A stretch of DNA of 20,000 nt, taken from IMG/VR virus record IMGVR_UViG_3300009008_000030; one strand, written 5' to 3'. Shown in pieces: positions 14,874 to 20,000 of this stretch. The notes under the pieces were generated by a model. The model saw only the letters and a list, made by a program, of their open reading frames with translations. It was not told the origin of the DNA and made no database searches. Numbering within the stretch: the stretch's first letter is position 1; each line of letters opens with the position of its first letter. This DNA is from an uncultured virus (IMG/VR IMGVR_UViG_3300009008_000030) (Duplodnaviria > Heunggongvirae > Uroviricota > Caudoviricetes). Position numbers and translations under genes: made by a program.

Positions 14874-16484
14874 CTATCTAGTTAGGAAACTCAAGGTAGC
14901 AGCAGCAGCCAAGAGACCCCCTCCTACCATAAGGGGGGAATAATTGGCCTTGACCGCGAAGGTGTCGTGGGGGTCGGTGGACTCGTTGCGGAGTTCGTCT
15001 CCCATCTCTTCCCCGAGGCGGTGAGCAGAGTTCCATCGAACCATCTTGCGTTCCATCGTGTCGCTTAGCTGATGGGTGGGCTTTGTTGACGGCCCTACGG
15101 TACGCGGGTCTACCCCTTGCAGTTGTTGGCGGTAAGCGGGGCTAGTTGCTACATCTTTGATCCACTCAGTCATCTCTTCGGGAGGGGCGTTCCCTCCTGA
15201 CATGGGTGTGTCGGCCAGGGCATCTTGAATACTGGTGGCTCCATAAGCGTCACCGGCATAGACCATGCTCGGATCTACCCCGGCTGCGATCAAGAGCTTG
15301 TTCTGCTTGTCTCGCATCAAGATGAAGAGAAAGCGAGGGGTAAAGACACTCCTACGCACCACGTTGTCAGGGAAAAGAGCACGAGCTTCTGCTTCGCTGT
15401 AGCCGAATACCCAAGGTGGAACCTCTGCCACACTTCCCCCGTAGGGAGAGGAGGTAAGGATCGCATCTCCGGTTCTCAGTCCTGTCTCGTATATTGACAT
15501 GATGGTGTTCCACCAGTGTCTCTGCATAGGAACAGGGGGGAGGCCATCACTGTCAGGGAAGATCAATCGGATGTTGTTTGGATCTTGTAGCCTCGTATCG
15601 GCAATACTGATGTGCTTGCCGGGATTCATCGCGTTGTAGAGCGTGACGACGGGAGCGAGGGTCATCAAGTAGGTCCACGCTTCTCTCAGCCACCCAATCT
15701 CCCAGGCTCGGCCACGGCCCGCTAGGTGGGGAGTAGACCCCGTATTCATGCGACCAGCACTCCAACCTTCTTTGAGTCCCTTGCGGAGCCACAGCTTGTA
15801 GCCTTGGGCTTTGGCCGGGTCTTTGAAGGCGCACGAAGAGGTGGGACACCCGCAGGCCCCATCTGCACACGCATGACCACCTGGGTTCTGTCCAGAGGGT
15901 ACGTTGTCGGCAGGGCGACCCCACCAGTTGGTGGGAGCGGGGTGACCAGATCCACTACCGCAACCTGCGCCCCGACAGTTGTTTCCGTGCTTACCGCAGG
16001 ACAGGCGATTCACCTGGGCGAACCTCGGCCCCCCTGTATACACACGAGGACACTGGTAGCGATTCGGCTTCTTAACGGTGCGAGCCCCCGGCCCCGTTTG
16101 CCACTGCTTGCGGTTGCTCTTTTGGCGAAGGTAGCTCTTGTAGGTATTCGCCTTCTGTGTGATGGCGTTCACTAAGGTGATTCTCTCGTCCCAATCGTCT
16201 TGGTAATCTGCGACGTTAGTGAAGATCTCGCTCTCGGTCATGCGTCCGATGTAGACGACCTGACCAATCCCCACGATGATGCCTGCTACGGCCTGGAGAA
16301 TCCCCCCTACCGCTCCAGCGCCACCGCCACCGCCACCACCGCCGCCACCACCGCCTTCTTGGCCATAGGAAGCGGGCGAGTAGGAGGCGTGTGCCTGGGG
16401 AGCGAACACATGAAGCTCGCCCGTTACGGGGTCATCGTAGTAATGAGGTCGAAGAAAAGCGGGATCTTGAAGTACCGAACGCAT
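14874..16484 (-). CDS. Large putative virion membrane protein with poly-Gly tract, Cys-rich segment and two hydrophobic segments
   Basis: 536 aa, TAAGGA RBS. G12 tract followed by AGAVGGILQAVAGIIVGIGQVVYIG, 8 clustered Cys, and C-terminal LMVGGGLLAAAATLSFL. Confidence 0.75.
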   Translation of the reverse strand: MRSVLQDPAFLRPHYYDDPVTGELHVFAPQAHASYSPASYGQEGGGGGGGGGGGGAGAVGGILQAVAGIIVGIGQVVYIGRMTESEIFTNVADYQDDWDERITLVNAITQKANTYKSYLRQKSNRKQWQTGPGARTVKKPNRYQCPRVYTGGPRFAQVNRLSCGKHGNNCRGAGCGSGSGHPAPTNWWGRPADNVPSGQNPGGHACADGACGCPTSSCAFKDPAKAQGYKLWLRKGLKEGWSAGRMNTGSTPHLAGRGRAWEIGWLREAWTYLMTLAPVVTLYNAMNPGKHISIADTRLQDPNNIRLIFPDSDGLPPVPMQRHWWNTIMSIYETGLRTGDAILTSSPYGGSVAEVPPWVFGYSEAEARALFPDNVVRRSVFTPRFLFILMRDKQNKLLIAAGVDPSMVYAGDAYGATSIQDALADTPMSGGNAPPEEMTEWIKDVATSPAYRQQLQGVDPRTVGPSTKPTHQLSDTMERKMVRWNSAHRLGEEMGDELRNESTDPHDTFAVKANYSPLMVGGGLLAAAATLSFLTR

Positions 16485-16493
16485 AGTCTTTCC

Positions 16494-16622
16494 TTACTTG
16501 CGCCACACGCGCCACATAAGAACACCACCTACAGCGGCGAGGCCGCCTCCCACCCAGTTGATCCACTTAGGCTGTAGGACGCTCGTGAGGGAGGCTGTCG
16601 GGTTGTTGTTGTTGGTTGCCAT
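16494..16622 (-). CDS. 42-aa membrane microprotein (not in the ORF track)
   Basis: Translated by hand: MATNNNNPTASLTSVLQPKWINWVGGGLAAVGGVLMWRVWRK. GGAG RBS; its TAA forms part of the next gene's TAAGGA RBS. Overlaps the 3' end of the upstream ORF by 56 nt. Confidence 0.7.
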   Translation of the reverse strand: MATNNNNPTASLTSVLQPKWINWVGGGLAAVGGVLMWRVWRK

Positions 16623-17091
16623 GCGGTTCTCCAGGGCGAGCAGTCACACGTTGTCTCAGGGCGCAACGACCGTCTGCGCCCCGCACAAGGACCGCATCGC
16701 GGTAAGTTGACCAAGACCCTATCACGCCGATCTTCGGAGTAACAGGCCACGCACCTCTGCCCCGAACTTTTACTCCCCATCGCACGAATCCTGCAAGTTT
16801 CTTATCGGAGATCGGCAATTCTAAGAGCCTCTCGGGGTGCAGAAAAGGGGTGCGCTCGTGGGGGTACATGGCCTCGATGCTGTCGAGCAACCACGAACAG
16901 TGCCCCCTCTTGTAAGCTGCGATGAACCCCTCGGCTCCGGTGACGCTGCGGGCCACGACCACCCGCGCCCACGGCAGAGAGACCACCAGACCCTCCCCTC
17001 GGATGGGGGTGACGTATTCCCAGCCGACATAGTGTGGGTCTAGGCCCACGGCTCGCGCTATTCGTTGTGCTGCGTCCTCTAAGTAGTGCAT
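16567..17091 (-). CDS. Hypothetical protein
   Basis: 174 aa. The ATG directly follows the upstream TAG. Confidence 0.6.
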   Translation of the reverse strand: MHYLEDAAQRIARAVGLDPHYVGWEYVTPIRGEGLVVSLPWARVVVARSVTGAEGFIAAYKRGHCSWLLDSIEAMYPHERTPFLHPERLLELPISDKKLAGFVRWGVKVRGRGAWPVTPKIGVIGSWSTYRDAVLVRGADGRCALRQRVTARPGEPHGNQQQQPDSLPHERPTA

Positions 17092-17700
17092 CTAGGGTTT
17101 TCCTGCACCGAAATTAGTCGCCCCGCCTTGACCCGTGGCTGGACGAGGGGGAGGGTCTGCGGCGGCCTCAGCGGGGCTCTCAGGCAGCGCAGAGGATTTC
17201 CGGTGCCAGAGCCTCACGGCCCGCTTCTGGCCGTCAGGAAGATCGACCATGAGCCAGTGGCGCTTGAACCATGCGTGGGGAGCCCACCAGGGGCTTGTGA
17301 CGGCGAACATTTCACCGCCGGGAGCCAAGACCCGCTCGGCCTCGGTGAGCAGGGCTAGTGGATCTTCTACCTGCTCCAAGGCGTGTAGGAGCAGGACCGA
17401 CCCAAAGGTGTTGTCCTCGGCTGGGATCTTCCCATCCACGGCGACCACATAGCCGTTCGCTTCCGCGTCAGGGTCTAGGTCCACGTTCAGGTGCCCCCAC
17501 AAGGGAGAGGCCCCGAGAGCGGTCCTCAGCGACGGACTGCCGAAGCCGTGGCCGATGTTGAGGACAGGCTTATCGAGCTTTGCAGCGGCCACATGCGCTT
17601 TGCGGGCGATGAGCCCTGGACGCACCACGGTGTCACCGAACCACGCAACGCCCGCATAGACAGTCAGGAAACGAAAGAGCTTGCCGATGCGGAAGGCCAC
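17092..17700 (-). CDS. Class I SAM-dependent methyltransferase-like protein with N-terminal hydrophobic segment
   Basis: VLNIGHG (motif I), LNVDLD, IPAEDNTFGSVLLLHALEQV, EAERVLAPGG. Start moved from 17868 to GTG 17700, which removes the overlap with the upstream gene. Confidence 0.8.
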   Translation of the reverse strand: MAFRIGKLFRFLTVYAGVAWFGDTVVRPGLIARKAHVAAAKLDKPVLNIGHGFGSPSLRTALGASPLWGHLNVDLDPDAEANGYVVAVDGKIPAEDNTFGSVLLLHALEQVEDPLALLTEAERVLAPGGEMFAVTSPWWAPHAWFKRHWLMVDLPDGQKRAVRLWHRKSSALPESPAEAAADPPPRPATGQGGATNFGAGKP

Positions 17701-17731
17701 GGCGGGAGAGTAGCTCGGAGTGTGACAGGAG

Positions 17732-18241
17732 TCACGCTTTCCAGGGCAAGCTCTTGTGGCGCAGGGGCTTACCGTCGCCTTGGGGGGCCGATAGGAGGCG
17801 TTGCTTGGCACCTGGGTAGGCGAAGGCGGTGAGGCTCCAGGGCTCGACCCGCGACACGAACAGGTCACGGCCCGCTACGCGGTTCAGTTGGGCCTTGGCC
17901 GCCTCGATGTTATCGACGTACTCCAGGGTGCAGATAACGCAGACCACGGCGCTGTTAGAGGGTTGCTGCCGGAGGTCAGTAGCGAGGTCGCCTTGCATCT
18001 GTTCTGGACAGCTAGGACAACCGGCGAGATCAATACACAGGTCGCCGCAGCCATAGGTCGGTAAGAGCCGGGTGACGAAGCCTGCTCTCGGTGCGCCCAC
18101 CACCACCAGCGGCTTACCTGTCTCCTGAGACCTTCGATGCGCTGCCTTGTAGACCCGCTGGCGCTCCCAACGCCTCGGGCCGAAGGCCAGGGCAGCTTCG
18201 GCCCCGCACAGGACCAATATGGCCTTGACCGCGCCGTGCAT
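17732..18241 (-). CDS. Divergent methyltransferase-like protein, paralogous to the downstream gene
   Basis: KPLVVVGAP, YGCGDLCIDLAGCPSC, NSAVVCVICTLEYVD, QLNRVAG. Collinear with the motifs of 17092..17700. Confidence 0.6.
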   Translation of the reverse strand: MHGAVKAILVLCGAEAALAFGPRRWERQRVYKAAHRRSQETGKPLVVVGAPRAGFVTRLLPTYGCGDLCIDLAGCPSCPEQMQGDLATDLRQQPSNSAVVCVICTLEYVDNIEAAKAQLNRVAGRDLFVSRVEPWSLTAFAYPGAKQRLLSAPQGDGKPLRHKSLPWKA

Positions 18242-18928
18242 CTAGCTGGCCTCTTCGGCTGCTTTCTTAGCGGCGCGTTTCCGGCGTTGCGCCTCTTTGC
18301 CGCCTTTGCGTCCGATGTAGCTGGAGTAGCGGCTGATCTTACCCGTATCAGCCGTCCCAGGACGCGGGGAGCAGATAGCCCAAGCGGGAGTACCTGTGGG
18401 GGTGTAGGTGCGATCTCCACCGCGCACTCTGCCCGGTTTACCCTTCGCCAGCGTGGCTTTAAGATCTTCTCCCACACGTTGGTAGGATTTCGTTTTGTGC
18501 TTGTCGAAAGGGGCGGGCCACTCGCCAGGGAGCAACTCGCCGTCGCATACTCGCAGGTTGTTGATAATGTCGTTGCCGAGGCGCGTAAGCTCACCTCTCA
18601 TATCATCTGCCTGTTTTCCGGTAACAAGATGCCCTCGCAGGGGCAAGCTGTTACCGAGGGCATTGAGTTCGTGAAAGCGGGTGATATAGGCTTTGGTCTC
18701 TTGAGAAACGTACTCAGGGGGTCGCCCCCGCTTTCCGGTGCGCGGGGGGAGCGGCTCGTTTGTGAGCAGATCTTGTCCGGCGCTTCGACTAGCTCGCTCG
18801 CGGGCGGCTTCCAGTTGCTCGGGGGTGAGGGTGCTGGCCTCTACCCGGCGTCCCATGCGCCAGGGTTTTCGGTAGCTTGCGACTACGGCTACTCCGGCAA
18901 GAGCGGCGATCCAATGCCAAGTTTTCAT
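18242..18928 (-). CDS. Basic hypothetical protein with N-terminal membrane anchor
   Basis: 228 aa with leader MKTWHWIAALAGVAVVASYRKPWRMGRR. Its stop abuts the next ATG. Confidence 0.7.
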   Translation of the reverse strand: MKTWHWIAALAGVAVVASYRKPWRMGRRVEASTLTPEQLEAARERASRSAGQDLLTNEPLPPRTGKRGRPPEYVSQETKAYITRFHELNALGNSLPLRGHLVTGKQADDMRGELTRLGNDIINNLRVCDGELLPGEWPAPFDKHKTKSYQRVGEDLKATLAKGKPGRVRGGDRTYTPTGTPAWAICSPRPGTADTGKISRYSSYIGRKGGKEAQRRKRAAKKAAEEAS

Positions 18929-18961
18929 GGAGCAAGGTCTACCACGACCGAGGGGAGAGAG

Positions 18962-19507
18962 CTAGCCACGAACGGCCACCCGAACCTCTTTTACGCCTCC
19001 AGGCTTCACCACAACCTCGCGCTCAGGGATGGTGGGATCAATACGCCACCCTTCTTCGTCAAGAAGGTCATAGCGAATCCTGCGGTAGACGGTCTCATTC
19101 CAGTCCACTGCACTCGGCGTAGGAAGCACTCCGGCCAGGAGGGTGGTCCCGAAGTTAGCCGCAGAGCGGCGGTCTGGACTCCATGATGACCCGCCCCCAT
19201 TTTCCAGGCGAACCGGGTCGGCTGCATAAAGATCTAGCCCTCTCCACACTTGCAAGGGAAAGGACAACTCTTGTAGCTGTTGGATGATCTTCCTTGAAAG
19301 CTGCAAGGCTTCTTCTCGTGTATAGCTTGCTGAAAACCTTGACCAGAGCGAATCGAGATCAGACCAATAGATGGGTGTTCCGTGCAAGGACACTAGCTGG
19401 CGGCCTTGTCGATCTCGCTGCCACACAGCGCGGCGACCGGAGCGGCGGCCACGACCCACCGCGTACCCCGCGACCGCTCCACCAGCCAGCCAGGGGAGGA
19501 TGGTCAT
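18962..19507 (-). CDS. Shared N-terminal leader fused to an ADP-ribosyltransferase-like (R-S-E) domain
   Basis: Start moved from 19549 to ATG 19507 to match the repeated leader (no clear RBS there). C-terminal LQVWRG...GSSWSPDRRSAANF...EREVVV. Confidence 0.6.
   Translation of the reverse strand: MTILPWLAGGAVAGYAVGRGRRSGRRAVWQRDRQGRQLVSLHGTPIYWSDLDSLWSRFSASYTREEALQLSRKIIQQLQELSFPLQVWRGLDLYAADPVRLENGGGSSWSPDRRSAANFGTTLLAGVLPTPSAVDWNETVYRRIRYDLLDEEGWRIDPTIPEREVVVKPGGVKEVRVAVRG
19431..19506. repeat. 76-bp direct repeat, copy 1 (encodes the shared leader)
   Basis: Matches 19846-19921 at 74 of 76 positions. Confidence 0.95.
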
Positions 19508-19538
19508 AACATCGGACGACGAATTAAGGAAGGGATGC

Positions 19539-19922
19539 TCATCGGTCAATGTAGTGAAAAGGGTCGATGGGAGGGGAGAGCCACCCTTCTTCGGGAGCGC
19601 GTTCGTAGATCTCTTTCACTACCCTACCAAACTCATCATCGGTCGCATAGAGCGTGAACTGACGACGGATGCCCCCGCCTTCGTATTCTTCCTGAAAGTC
19701 GGAGTAGATCACAAAGTAGGGTGCTTCTCCCCATCGCTTCACCCCCAACACCTTGCGAATGGCTCGCCCCACCAGCCCTCGTGCCGCCCGAATGTCACCT
19801 GGGCCACCCGTTAAGATAAAGACCCCCTCACGGCGCTTATCCGCACGGCGACCGGAGCGACGGCCACGACCCATCGCGTACCCCGCGACCGCTCCACCAG
19901 CCAGCCAGGGGAGGATGGTCAC
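19539..19922 (-). CDS. Shared N-terminal leader fused to an unknown ~100-aa domain
   Basis: 127 aa, GGAGG RBS, GTGA overlap with the upstream stop. Begins MTILPWLAGGAVAGYAMGRGRRSGRRA. Confidence 0.75.
   Translation of the reverse strand: MTILPWLAGGAVAGYAMGRGRRSGRRADKRREGVFILTGGPGDIRAARGLVGRAIRKVLGVKRWGEAPYFVIYSDFQEEYEGGGIRRQFTLYATDDEFGRVVKEIYERAPEEGWLSPPIDPFHYIDR
19846..19921. repeat. 76-bp direct repeat, copy 2
   Basis: Matches 19431-19506 at 74 of 76 positions, offset 415 bp. Confidence 0.95.
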
Positions 19923-20000
19923 GCTTCCTCCCGTTCATCGTGCAGGGCCTCCACAGCCTCCTTCACGATTTCGTCAATGCGCTCCTGTTGGGTGCGCTTC
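19919..20000 (-). CDS. 3' end of a gene entering from the right edge
   Basis: Frame reads ...KRTQQERIDEIVKEAVEALHDEREEA* with a TGA overlapping the GTG at 19922. Confidence 0.55.
   Translation of the reverse strand, partial: KRTQQERIDEIVKEAVEALHDEREEA

Larger units (their letters stand above)
1..20000. mobile_element. Segment of a bacterial virus/provirus genome, probably non-tailed (jelly-roll capsid, internal membrane)
   Basis: Tightly packed, translationally coupled and mostly hypothetical genes. Carries an amidase endolysin plus holin-like gene, VRR-NUC, an iteron-rich AT region, a duplicated beta-domain capsid candidate, a transglutaminase-like gene and many small TM proteins. No housekeeping genes. 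Element ends are not in the window. Confidence 0.8.

Noticed and set aside
16321..16356. CCA/CCG trinucleotide tract as a contingency repeat
   Set aside because: It is an in-frame, mixed-codon poly-Gly tract; unit changes would not shift the frame.
18137..19186. 349-aa plus-strand ORF and the 236-aa minus ORF 17884..18594
   Set aside because: They overlap abutting minus-strand genes with better motif and coupling support, and contain no recognisable domains.
19431..19921. 76-bp repeat pair as attachment sites, IS ends or a DGR template/variable pair
   Set aside because: The repeat coincides exactly with the N-terminal coding leader of two genes. No integrase, transposase or reverse transcriptase is in the window, and two mismatches are too few to indicate adenine-specific mutagenesis.

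Overview
A gene-dense, GC-rich window with many ATGA/GTGA-coupled genes and no housekeeping genes, rRNA, tRNA, CRISPR or integrase. It reads as part of a bacterial virus or provirus, and the amidase endolysin points to a bacterial host. No tailed-phage hallmark (terminase, portal, HK97 capsid, tail) is recognisable. Layout: (1) A minus-strand structural operon (1-4839). It holds a 518-aa protein made of two visibly duplicated beta-rich domains (candidate double jelly-roll major capsid protein) followed by a strong hairpin, three paralogous small beta proteins, and a transglutaminase-like Cys-His-Asp enzyme. (2) A divergent plus-strand block led by a RadA/Sms-like ATPase, then a VRR-NUC nuclease. 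(3) An AT-rich region with GTGTAGTT iterons (candidate origin) and a catalytically dead DEDDh exonuclease. (4) A long minus-strand block with a holin-like gene, amidase, LamG-like protein, a kinase-zincin fusion, many small membrane proteins and two methyltransferase-like paralogues. It ends in genes that share a near-identical N-terminal membrane leader fused to unrelated cargo domains, one of them ADP-ribosyltransferase-like. Best hypothesis (inference): a membrane-containing jelly-roll virus that tags enzymatic effectors for virion loading with a modular leader. All family calls come from motifs read by eye; no searches were run.
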